A stretch of DNA of 64,000 nucleotides from Tissierella sp. (GTDB lineage Bacteria; Bacillota; Clostridia; Tissierellales; Tissierellaceae): contig DAIUFH010000001.1 in NCBI GenBank assembly GCA_036844705.1, positions 24,456 to 88,455 on the forward strand, in the 5' to 3' direction. Numbering within the stretch: the first letter of the stretch is position 1; the number at the start of each line of letters is the position of its first letter. Below are positions 20,182-28,486 of this stretch, piece after piece. The position numbers and the translations under genes were made by a program. The notes under the pieces are model-generated. The model was not told where the DNA came from, made no database searches, and saw nothing but the letters and a program-made list of their open reading frames with translations.

Positions 20182-20892
20182 ATGAAAAAAAATAAATTAA
20201 TTAGTGTTTTACTTTTAGTGATAATGACATTTTCAATTGTGTTGACAGGATGTAGTAGTGAACCAACTGAAGCACCAGCTACTCCACCTGTAGAAACACC
20301 TTCAGAGCCAGAATCATCTTCAGAGATAGAAACACCTGGAGCTGAAGAACCATCAGGAGAGGTTCATCATACAAGCAAAGAAACTCCTTATGTAACACTT
20401 AATGGTGAGATAAGCAAATTAGAGTCTCCTTATTATTTAACATCAGTTGGTCAATCAGCAGATGTTTCTATGTTGGATGCTCTGCTAAAGAAAGTTGAAG
20501 CAGAATACACATATGATGCTGTTGCCAAGGCTGATGATTTAAGTGGTGCAAAAACTGTAATAATAGCTACAGGCGCAAGCTCCAAGGGATTAGGAGCAGC
20601 TGGTATTTCAGCCGATGATGAAAAAGCAAGATCAAGTGAACTTCTAGAATATTGTAAAGAAAATGATATTACTGTTATTATGGCTCATATAGGTGGGGTA
20701 TCTAGACGAGGCCAGTTATCTGATGAATTTACCGATATGGTACTTGAATATTCAAGTGGAATTATTATGGTAGAAGATGGTAATGATGATGGAAAATTTA
20801 CTGATTTTGCTTCAGAAAAAAATATACCGATTACTCTAGTGAATACAATAGCAGACTGTATTGAACCAATTAAGACAATGGTTGGAAAATAA
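20182..20892 (+). CDS. Lipoprotein of unknown function (P/T/E-rich linker plus ~170-aa domain)
   Basis: Lipobox 'LTGC'. Linker 'PTEAPATPPVETPSEPESSSEIETPGAEEPSGE'. Domain with 'KTVIIATGASSKGLGAAG'. Confidence 0.6.
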   Translation: MKKNKLISVLLLVIMTFSIVLTGCSSEPTEAPATPPVETPSEPESSSEIETPGAEEPSGEVHHTSKETPYVTLNGEISKLESPYYLTSVGQSADVSMLDALLKKVEAEYTYDAVAKADDLSGAKTVIIATGASSKGLGAAGISADDEKARSSELLEYCKENDITVIMAHIGGVSRRGQLSDEFTDMVLEYSSGIIMVEDGNDDGKFTDFASEKNIPITLVNTIADCIEPIKTMVGK

Positions 20893-20919
20893 ATTAGTAG
20901 ATATCTAATAATAGAGTTG

Positions 20920-20956
20920 GAGCAGAAGAATTTTAACCCCTTTAATTTTTCTGCTC
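20920..20956 (+). other. Intercistronic stem-loop between the lipoprotein gene and permease 2
   Basis: GAGCAGAA ... TTCTGCTC 8-bp stem with an inner TTAA-CCCC-TTAA, and no U-tract. Confidence 0.4.
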
Positions 20957-20988
20957 TTAACCTAAATAAACTCATTGGAGGTAAGGAT

Positions 20989-22260
20989 TTGCAGATAGAA
21001 TTATTAATTTTCATAATAATGTTAGCTTCATTTTTATTAAGCAATTTCCTATTAAAACTACCTGTGAGTATTTCCATGATCATAGGTGCAGTCCTTGGAG
21101 CCCTAATAGCTGGAGAAGGAATTCCATTACGCCATTTATTTGAAGGTACTTTCGTATATATCGATACAGTACTTATTATTTCAACTGCAATGATTTTCAT
21201 GACAGTTATAGAAAAATCAGGAACTATGGAAGCCTTAAACGCTGCAGTTGTGAAAAGATTTCATAAGGTGCCGACATTGATGCTTATTTTACTTATGCTT
21301 ATGATTATGTTTCCAGGTATGATTACAGGTTCTTCTACAGCTGCTGTATTGAGCTCAGGTTCAATTGTAGCACCAATACTTTTACTAATGGGTATTCCAG
21401 CACCACAGACTGGTGCTATACTTGCTATTGGAGCTATAATGGGAATGGCAGCTCCTCCAGTAAATATACCAGCTATGCTTATTGCAGGTGGAGTAGACAT
21501 GCCATATATAGGGTTTGAAGGGCCATTATTTTTTATGACAATACCCGGTGCAATATTTACAGTATTATTTATAGGATTAAAACATTGCAAGAATTTGGAT
21601 TATGATAAAATTAGCAAAAGTTTAAATTTTGAAATTGGCAAGAAGTATGGTTTTAAACTATATCTTCCGATTATAGTAGTTATAGGACTTATGATCCTTA
21701 CTAGAGCACTTCCTTCTATAATACCAAACTTAGGCATGCCTTTGATCTTTTTAATTGGATCAGTGGTGGGAATATTTACTGGTCAGAAATTCAAATTTTG
21801 GAGTACAATTACAGATGCAATGAAGACGACAATACCAGTGCTGGGAAAACTTATGGGAGTCGGAATGTTTATTCAGATTATGACTTTAACAGGTGTTAGA
21901 GGATATATAGTAATAAGCTGTCTTGGATTGGGTACTGCATTGCTTTATGTAGCAATTGCAACTGTAATGCCAGCATTTGGCGCTGTTTCATCTTATGGAG
22001 CAGCTTCAGTTCTAGGAGTTCCATTCCTATTGGCATTGATATCTGGTAATCAAATTGTTACGGCAGCCGCATTATCATTTATTTGTTCTTTAGGGGATTT
22101 AATGCCTCCAACTGCCCTTGCTGGTAATTATGCGGCTCAGATTGTTAAACAAAGATACTCCGATGTTTTAAAGTATTGTGCAATACCATTTATAGTTTTA
22201 GTAATTTTCGGTGTACTATGTTTAATATACTCAAATAAGCTTGGTTTTTTAATAATTTAG
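20989..22260 (+). CDS. DctM-like permease, paralog 2
   Basis: TTG at 20989 lies 7 nt after GGAGG. 'EGTFVYIDTVLIISTAMIFMTVIEKSG' and 'PGMITGSSTAAVLSSG'. The track start at 20917 would span the stem-loop. Confidence 0.65.
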   Translation: MQIELLIFIIMLASFLLSNFLLKLPVSISMIIGAVLGALIAGEGIPLRHLFEGTFVYIDTVLIISTAMIFMTVIEKSGTMEALNAAVVKRFHKVPTLMLILLMLMIMFPGMITGSSTAAVLSSGSIVAPILLLMGIPAPQTGAILAIGAIMGMAAPPVNIPAMLIAGGVDMPYIGFEGPLFFMTIPGAIFTVLFIGLKHCKNLDYDKISKSLNFEIGKKYGFKLYLPIIVVIGLMILTRALPSIIPNLGMPLIFLIGSVVGIFTGQKFKFWSTITDAMKTTIPVLGKLMGVGMFIQIMTLTGVRGYIVISCLGLGTALLYVAIATVMPAFGAVSSYGAASVLGVPFLLALISGNQIVTAAALSFICSLGDLMPPTALAGNYAAQIVKQRYSDVLKYCAIPFIVLVIFGVLCLIYSNKLGFLII

Positions 22261-22272
22261 GAGGTGCATAAA

Positions 22273-22416
22273 GTGCTATATATATATTTATTAATTTTAT
22301 TACTTGTAATAGTGTTAGTTATAAAAAATATGCTCAAAGCAGAGAGTATTTTTGATCAAATTGATGCATCTTTGGTTCTTGTACCTCTGATTCTACGCCT
22401 ATTACTAATTAAATAG
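22273..22416 (+). CDS. Unannotated 47-aa two-TM micro-protein (MLYIYLLILLLVIVLVIKNMLKAESIFDQIDASLVLVPLILRLLLIK)
   Basis: GTG lies 7 nt after the same TAGGAGGT context. It shares 'LY-IY', 'K-E-SI' and the C-terminal 'PLILR-L-IK' with the micro-ORF at 18837-18989. Confidence 0.6.
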   Translation: MLYIYLLILLLVIVLVIKNMLKAESIFDQIDASLVLVPLILRLLLIK

Positions 22417-22421
22417 AAAGG

Positions 22422-24389
22422 GTGAAGAAAGTGACATTAAATATTAAAACTACCAAGATTTCACTAATTATATTATTACTTCTTGTGGCTCTTAGCGTAT
22501 TTTTTCTTTCACAAGAATTTTTATCAATGAGAGAAAAAGAGGTAATATATAAGGGGCCTGGTGTTACTGAAATAAAAATGCTTAGCGAATATTTTCCAGA
22601 GTTGAAGGGTACAAATGGAGATACAGAAATCTATGTTTTAGAAGGAGATAAACCAGGAGCATCAGCTTTAGTATTAGGGGGCACTCACCCCAATGAGCCT
22701 GCAGGCTATTTATCAGCTATACTACTAGTTGAAAATGCAAAACCTGTAGAAGGAACGTTGTATGTTATTCCTCGGGCAAATAATAGTGCATTTACATGTA
22801 CCGATCCGCAGGAAGGAGCTCCAATGAGGTTTACAATAGAAACTGACAATGGCGAAAGATGGTTTAGATTTGGTTCCAGAGCTACCAATCCTGTAGATCA
22901 ATGGCCTGATCCTGAAATTTATGTTCATGCTTCATCCGGTCAAAGATTGTCAGGGAGTGAAACAAGAAATCTAAATAGATCTTATCCAGGTAGAAAAGAT
23001 GGTACCTTTACCGAGAAGGTAAGTTATGGCATCACCGAATTGATTAAAAAAGAAGGAATAGACTTTTTTGTTGATTTACATGAAGCTTCACCAGAGTATC
23101 CTACAATTAATGCTATTGTGGCTCATGAAAATTCAATGAACTTAGCATCTCAGGCTCTTATAAATATGCAAATTGAAGGAGTGGATATCAGTTTAGAGCC
23201 TTCTCCTAAAAATCTTCACGGACTAACTCATAGAGAATTAGGTGATTTTACTGATACTCTTCCAATTCTAATGGAAACTTCAAATCCGGCTCAAGGAAGA
23301 CTTCGTGGCAGAACAGATGAGGCATTAGTTGTAGAGGGCAAGGACAAATTCTATGAACTAGCTGCAAAATATGGAAGATTATATGTACCGTTTGACGAAA
23401 ATGGGCACCCGATTGATGTACGCGTTGCTCGTCACATAACTGGAATTGTACAGTTAGCTAATTCATATAATGATCTTGACTTTGATAAAAAACTTGTGAT
23501 TGAGGGAATACCTTCTTATTCAGAAATAGAAAATGATGGGCTTAAAATATATCTTAATCATAAAAACGAAGAGGTTGTTTCCGATGCTAATTTAGCTGAA
23601 GAAGAGAAATCTGAGACAACAGCAAATAATTTGATTCCATCATCTACCATTGAGGATGGAACTATAATTGAGCCTTGGAAAACAAAAGGATTGTTTATTC
23701 CTGAAAAAGCTACAACAGCTACTTTAGATACTTACAAGATATGTGAAGGAACAGATGTTGAAAATGAAATAACTGTTATTACAGCAAAAGAGGAGGGACC
23801 CACTATCTTTATCATTGCAGGACAACATGGTGATGAGGTTGCTGGTTATACCGCAATAAATGAGCTTAAAGATATGGAATTAATAAGGGGAAAATTATAT
23901 ATACTTTCTCCTGCAAATTTGCCGGGAGCAACTGCAGAACCAAAAAGACGATATGTATTTGATGAGGAAGATCTTAATAGGTCATTCCCAGGAAAGACTG
24001 ATGGAACAAGAGCAGAACTATTGGCATTGGCTATATATTCTGAAATTGAAAGGATAAAACCAGTTATAGTTCTTGACCACCATGAGGCAAGAACCATAAA
24101 AACCAATGTAGATTTTTTAGGTAGTTCCCTAATATATTCAACCTTAAATGGAATAGAAGACATGTTTTTGAACATGTACCAAGCCACTTTAGATGGGGAA
24201 CTTTGTTCAGGCCCTTTTAAGTTTTACAGTCCTGGTCCAATAGGAAGTATGAATAACGTAGTTGCTGCAGATTTTCAGATTCCAGTTATTACAGTTGAAA
24301 CATACAGAGGATATCAGCTTGAAAGGCGTATTGAGGATCAACTAGCAATAGCTGGTTATATTTTAAGACATTATGAAATGGTGGATTAA
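22422..24389 (+). CDS. Membrane-anchored protein with two AstE/AspA-type M14 zinc-hydrolase domains
   Basis: Domain 1 has 'GGTHPNEPAG', 'NLNRSYPG', 'DLHEASPE', 'METSNP' and is paralogous to the 19003 protein. Domain 2 has 'IAGQHGDEVAG', 'DLNRSFPG', 'DHHEA', 'VETYRG'. Confidence 0.75.
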   Translation: MKKVTLNIKTTKISLIILLLLVALSVFFLSQEFLSMREKEVIYKGPGVTEIKMLSEYFPELKGTNGDTEIYVLEGDKPGASALVLGGTHPNEPAGYLSAILLVENAKPVEGTLYVIPRANNSAFTCTDPQEGAPMRFTIETDNGERWFRFGSRATNPVDQWPDPEIYVHASSGQRLSGSETRNLNRSYPGRKDGTFTEKVSYGITELIKKEGIDFFVDLHEASPEYPTINAIVAHENSMNLASQALINMQIEGVDISLEPSPKNLHGLTHRELGDFTDTLPILMETSNPAQGRLRGRTDEALVVEGKDKFYELAAKYGRLYVPFDENGHPIDVRVARHITGIVQLANSYNDLDFDKKLVIEGIPSYSEIENDGLKIYLNHKNEEVVSDANLAEEEKSETTANNLIPSSTIEDGTIIEPWKTKGLFIPEKATTATLDTYKICEGTDVENEITVITAKEEGPTIFIIAGQHGDEVAGYTAINELKDMELIRGKLYILSPANLPGATAEPKRRYVFDEEDLNRSFPGKTDGTRAELLALAIYSEIERIKPVIVLDHHEARTIKTNVDFLGSSLIYSTLNGIEDMFLNMYQATLDGELCSGPFKFYSPGPIGSMNNVVAADFQIPVITVETYRGYQLERRIEDQLAIAGYILRHYEMVD

Positions 24390-24390
24390 C

Positions 24391-25518
24391 ATGAATAAAA
24401 TAATATGTATCTTTTTCATATTTTATTTAATTTACCTTGTTGCAGAGTCTTTTTTTGCAGCAAGGTTTCGTCATAATATCAAGCATGTTGTATATGTTAA
24501 TGGTACTCGTGGGAAATCTTCAGTTACTCGACTTATTTATGCAGGACTAAAAGCTGGTGGCCTTAGGGCTTTTTGTAAAACTACTGGAACTCTGCCTATG
24601 ACAATAGATACTAACGGTAAAGAAACGCTCATATGTAGAAGAGGAAGAGCAAATATAAAGGAACAAATAAAAATATTACAAATGGCTGCTAAAGAAAAGG
24701 CAGAGGTACTTGTAATTGAATGTATGGCTGTGCAGCCAGAATTACAATATATTTCACAACATCGCATGGTAAAATCTGATATTGGTGTTATTACAAATGT
24801 TCGTTTTGATCATCTAGACGTTATGGGAGAAACATTGGATGAGATTGGTAATAGCTTATGCAATACAGTTCCTAAGGACGGTGTGTGCTTTACTTCAGAT
24901 GAAAGATTTTTTCCACTTTTAAAAACTCAATGCAATAAATTAAATTGTGTACCTAGATTGGCTTTACCTAAGGGAGATGAACCGGATTTTGATTTTCAAG
25001 AAAATATTTCATTATCTCTTGAAGTTTGTAAACAACTCGGTGTTGATGAACATATTGCCTTGGAAGGTATGGCTAATTATCAAAGAGATCCTTATGCCGT
25101 TGATATCTATAAGTTAGGAAACAATTCGATATTTATTGGGGGTTTTTCTATTAATGACCCAATGTCAATAAAGATTGTATACAATAAAATTATGAGAAAG
25201 TTTGTAAAGAACAATTTTAAACTTATTTTACTTATAAATAATAGATTGGATAGAGGATATAGAACCTATCAACATACGGAGCTTGCAGTAGAGCTAAAGC
25301 CTGATACGATTTGGATTATGGGCGGTAATAGAAGAGTAATGGCTCGTAATATGGCAAAACAATTACCATCAACTTCAATAAAGGCATTTAATAATGCTAA
25401 AGATTTACCTCTTAATTCTTTAAAGGATGGCGAAATCATATTTGCTTTTGGCAATGTTGGAGATTCTGGAAATAAAATAATGGATAGAGTGAAAAAAGAG
25501 GGTGTATTGTATGTATAA
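24391..25518 (+). CDS. pgsB: Poly-gamma-glutamate synthase PgsB/CapB (Mur-ligase-type amide ligase)
   Basis: N-terminal TM, then 'RHNIKHVVYVNGTRGKSSVTRL', 'ECMAVQPELQ', 'DHLDVMGETLDEI', closely following Bacillus PgsB. An ATG at 24373 is an alternative start overlapping the upstream stop. Confidence 0.88.
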   Translation: MNKIICIFFIFYLIYLVAESFFAARFRHNIKHVVYVNGTRGKSSVTRLIYAGLKAGGLRAFCKTTGTLPMTIDTNGKETLICRRGRANIKEQIKILQMAAKEKAEVLVIECMAVQPELQYISQHRMVKSDIGVITNVRFDHLDVMGETLDEIGNSLCNTVPKDGVCFTSDERFFPLLKTQCNKLNCVPRLALPKGDEPDFDFQENISLSLEVCKQLGVDEHIALEGMANYQRDPYAVDIYKLGNNSIFIGGFSINDPMSIKIVYNKIMRKFVKNNFKLILLINNRLDRGYRTYQHTELAVELKPDTIWIMGGNRRVMARNMAKQLPSTSIKAFNNAKDLPLNSLKDGEIIFAFGNVGDSGNKIMDRVKKEGVLYV

Positions 25519-25945
25519 TCAAATTATAATATTAGGAATTATAGTAAGTATCCTCTTCACAGAATTAACTGGACTATCACCTGCAGGACTAATTGTACCT
25601 GCATATATTGTTTTATGTCTAAAAACACCAGAAAGATTGATCTATACATTATTAATATCATTCTTAGCATGGGGATTTGGCAAGATACTAAATAATTTTA
25701 TAATTTTATATGGTCGTAGACGTTTTGCAGTGATGATAATATTATCCTTTATTGTTGATTTTTTAATTGGACATATATTTACCTCAATTTCTCCGCCAAG
25801 TATGATAGGAATTCTGATTCCGGGTATTGTAGCATCAGAATTTGAAAAACAGGGTATCCTAAGCTCGTTATTTTCATTAGGTATAGTAGTCGGCATTATT
25901 TCCTTAATTATGCTAAGTTGTGATATTCCGGTATTTAGACTATAA
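25511..25945 (+). CDS. pgsC: Poly-gamma-glutamate synthase membrane component PgsC/CapC
   Basis: 'TGLSPAGLIVPAY', 'ILYGRRRFAVM', 'IPGIVASEFEKQGI'. Overlaps pgsB by 8 nt. Confidence 0.88.
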   Translation: MYNQIIILGIIVSILFTELTGLSPAGLIVPAYIVLCLKTPERLIYTLLISFLAWGFGKILNNFIILYGRRRFAVMIILSFIVDFLIGHIFTSISPPSMIGILIPGIVASEFEKQGILSSLFSLGIVVGIISLIMLSCDIPVFRL

Positions 25946-25960
25946 TAGGAGTGAGGGGTT

Positions 25961-27031
25961 ATGTATAAACCTTTTAGAGGTAATAACAAATTTCTGGGTA
26001 TTATATTTTTTTTTATTATTATATTAGTACTAATAGTTAATTCCAGTGGGAAATTTATCCAAGACAATCTTATTGAAACCAAGCTAAGAGCCTACGAGTA
26101 TATGGAAGAGTATATGAATATTATACGGGATTATAAATATGAATTAGGTTTAGATATATCAGATGAAGATATTCATAAAACTGGTATGATAGGGGGGCAA
26201 TATTCTGAAATAACTACTAGCTTAGGGAGTATTGAGGCTAAAAGAACCAGTGCTAATCCTGATATGGCAGCATTAGTTGTAGAATTATTATATAAAGCAG
26301 GAATAAAAAGCGGAGACAGGATTGGTGCGAATTTTTCAGGTTCATTTCCATCGCTAAATTTAGCAGTTTTGGCTGCTAGTAAGGCAATGAATTTAGATTG
26401 TGTTTATATATCATCTGTAGGTTCATCTAATTATGGAGCTAATAATCCGAAAATGACATTTCCGGATATGGCATTAAAGTTAGGAGAGGTAGGGGTATTA
26501 GATAATCCTATTTCATATTTTTCATTAGGTGGAACTGATGATATAGGTTTGGAAATGGATGAAAATATTAAAAAGGAAATTGTTAATAGACTGATGGCTC
26601 AAGACTTAGAACTTATTTCGATTAGAGATTATAATGATAATATTTTACAACGTATAAATATTCTTGAAAAGAATGGAGATATAGATTGCTTTATAAATGT
26701 AGGAGGCAATACAACATCTCTTGGAAAGGGAGAGAATTCATTATATTTTGGGCAAGGTCTACTGGTTGAAAAAAATATAGCAATAACTAAAGACAGTGGC
26801 TTGATTGAAATTTATAGAAATAGAGGTATCCCAGTTATTCATTTATTAAATTTAAAAAAACTAACAACAGATTATAATCTTGCATATGATCCACTCATAC
26901 TACCAGAAAAGGGTACATCGGCATTATTTTATAAATTATCTTATAATAAAATTATTTCTATTGTAGGAATTGCAGTTTCTATTGTTGGATTATTTTTTTA
27001 TAAAAAGAAATATAATCATATAAGGTATTGA
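25961..27031 (+). CDS. Bitopic poly-gamma-glutamate-system protein (PgsA/CapA substitute seen next to pgsBC in some anaerobes)
   Basis: N- and C-terminal TM segments with a large extracytoplasmic domain. Sits immediately 3' of pgsBC. Family assignment is from memory and needs an HMM check. Confidence 0.55.
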   Translation: MYKPFRGNNKFLGIIFFFIIILVLIVNSSGKFIQDNLIETKLRAYEYMEEYMNIIRDYKYELGLDISDEDIHKTGMIGGQYSEITTSLGSIEAKRTSANPDMAALVVELLYKAGIKSGDRIGANFSGSFPSLNLAVLAASKAMNLDCVYISSVGSSNYGANNPKMTFPDMALKLGEVGVLDNPISYFSLGGTDDIGLEMDENIKKEIVNRLMAQDLELISIRDYNDNILQRINILEKNGDIDCFINVGGNTTSLGKGENSLYFGQGLLVEKNIAITKDSGLIEIYRNRGIPVIHLLNLKKLTTDYNLAYDPLILPEKGTSALFYKLSYNKIISIVGIAVSIVGLFFYKKKYNHIRY

Positions 27032-28446
27032 CTTGGGGGTTTAAATTCTTGAATTCATCTTTTCTAAAAATCACCATAAATAGAAAACAAATGATATTTG
27101 GAACTATGTTAGTTTTTATGGGTATATTAATGCCTGCCTTACTTAATACCGAAAATATGATGATATATTCGGATTTAAATAATGCACTTAAAACCGATAA
27201 AATACAATATGTTATTATAGCAGCATTTAAATTAGTATTACTTAATGGACTAAGAGGATTACCTCATTATCTAGGTGTATTTATTTTAGGAGAATCATTT
27301 TCGGTAAGGTATAGAGGTAAAAAAATACGATTTGTTAAGACTATTATGATATGTGGTCTAATCCCTTTGGTGTATTTAATGATAGAAATGATATATCATA
27401 TTCATTATGACTTTGGTATACCTGCAATTTTAATTATTATATTCTTAATGGGACTAGAAAAAATAGACTTTAATATGATTGATATTTATAAAAAAGCCTT
27501 ACTTTTTGGAATGACAGTAATTACATTTCAATGGCTGGATGTTTTACCATCACTTTCCGGATTAGCTTTTGGAAGAGGTGAAACTTCATATGATATTAAA
27601 AACATAGCTCTTTTACTGGGAGAATCCTCATTTTTAGAAACTAGTGGTTTAGTGTTTTTCTTGCTTTTCTTATTTTCAGATATATTAATTTTTAAACTTA
27701 TTCTAGACGAAAATAATCTTAGGACAATTAGCGAGGAAAATAGGAAAAATCAAGAAATTTTAATGGAAAAAAACATTCAAATATTAGAGAATAGGACATA
27801 TTTAGAGCTAATACATCTAGTGCATGATTTGAAATCACCATTAACTTCAGTACAAGCATTGGTTGGAGTAATAAAATTAGGAGCGGAGAATGAAAAAGAG
27901 ATTGCTTATATTGATAAGATTGAATCATCAATCGACCGAATGAGCAGTATGATTTCTGAAATCCTTTATGAAGATAAAAAAAGCCCTATATATGTTGATG
28001 AAATATCAAATTTTATTTTGTCTCAGATATCTAATAGTGAGTATTCTAATTTGGTTACTATAAATATTACAGAACCTAATCTAATAATAAATGTAAATAA
28101 AATTCGATTATCTAGGGCAATTATTAACATTTTGGAAAATTCATATCATGCAATCGATATATCTAATGGCTATATTAATATCTCCGTGTCTAAAATATTT
28201 AAAGATGATTTGATATATGCATTATTTGAGGTTGAAGATAATGGTTCAGGTATTTCAAAAAAGCAGATAGATAATATTTGGATAAGTGGATATTCTACCC
28301 GAAATTCACTGGGCTTTGGTCTTGATTTTGTAAAAAAAGTAATCAATGATAATAATGGGTATATCAATATAGATAGTGTTGAAGGACAGGGCACTACGGT
28401 ATATGTATATTTACCAGCTGAATATCAAGATAATGAGAAGGTTTAG
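27028..28446 (+). CDS. Sensor histidine kinase (multi-TM sensor, HisKA + HATPase_c)
   Basis: H-box 'HLVHDLKSPLTSV', N-box 'IINILENSYHA', G-boxes 'EDNGSGIS' and 'GFGLDFV'. Start is uncertain (TTG at 27028 or TTG at 27049). Confidence 0.85.
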   Translation: MTWGFKFLNSSFLKITINRKQMIFGTMLVFMGILMPALLNTENMMIYSDLNNALKTDKIQYVIIAAFKLVLLNGLRGLPHYLGVFILGESFSVRYRGKKIRFVKTIMICGLIPLVYLMIEMIYHIHYDFGIPAILIIIFLMGLEKIDFNMIDIYKKALLFGMTVITFQWLDVLPSLSGLAFGRGETSYDIKNIALLLGESSFLETSGLVFFLLFLFSDILIFKLILDENNLRTISEENRKNQEILMEKNIQILENRTYLELIHLVHDLKSPLTSVQALVGVIKLGAENEKEIAYIDKIESSIDRMSSMISEILYEDKKSPIYVDEISNFILSQISNSEYSNLVTINITEPNLIINVNKIRLSRAIINILENSYHAIDISNGYINISVSKIFKDDLIYALFEVEDNGSGISKKQIDNIWISGYSTRNSLGFGLDFVKKVINDNNGYINIDSVEGQGTTVYVYLPAEYQDNEKV

Positions 28447-28486
28447 ACAACTTATGCAATTGTTATCATTGCAAAGGAGGGCTCAT

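Noticed and set aside
20917-20988. Track start (TTG 20917) of permease 2
   Set aside because: It would translate through a stable stem-loop and add a non-hydrophobic 24-aa extension absent from paralog 1. TTG at 20989 has a GGAGG RBS at ideal spacing.
20685-21200. 171-aa minus-strand ORF spanning the lipoprotein/permease junction
   Set aside because: It is an antisense shadow ORF in AT-rich DNA opposite two well-supported plus-strand genes, with no RBS or family resemblance.
24391-25518. Peptidoglycan Mur ligase or FolC assignment for the Mur-ligase-fold protein
   Set aside because: The N-terminal TM, PgsB-specific blocks ('ECMAVQPELQ', 'DHLDVMGETLDEI') and the overlapping pgsC partner all point to PgsB/CapB.
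25642-26082. 146-aa minus-strand ORF opposite pgsC and the PGA-system gene
   Set aside because: It is a shadow ORF. The plus-strand genes have strong homology-type motifs (PgsC) and operon coupling.
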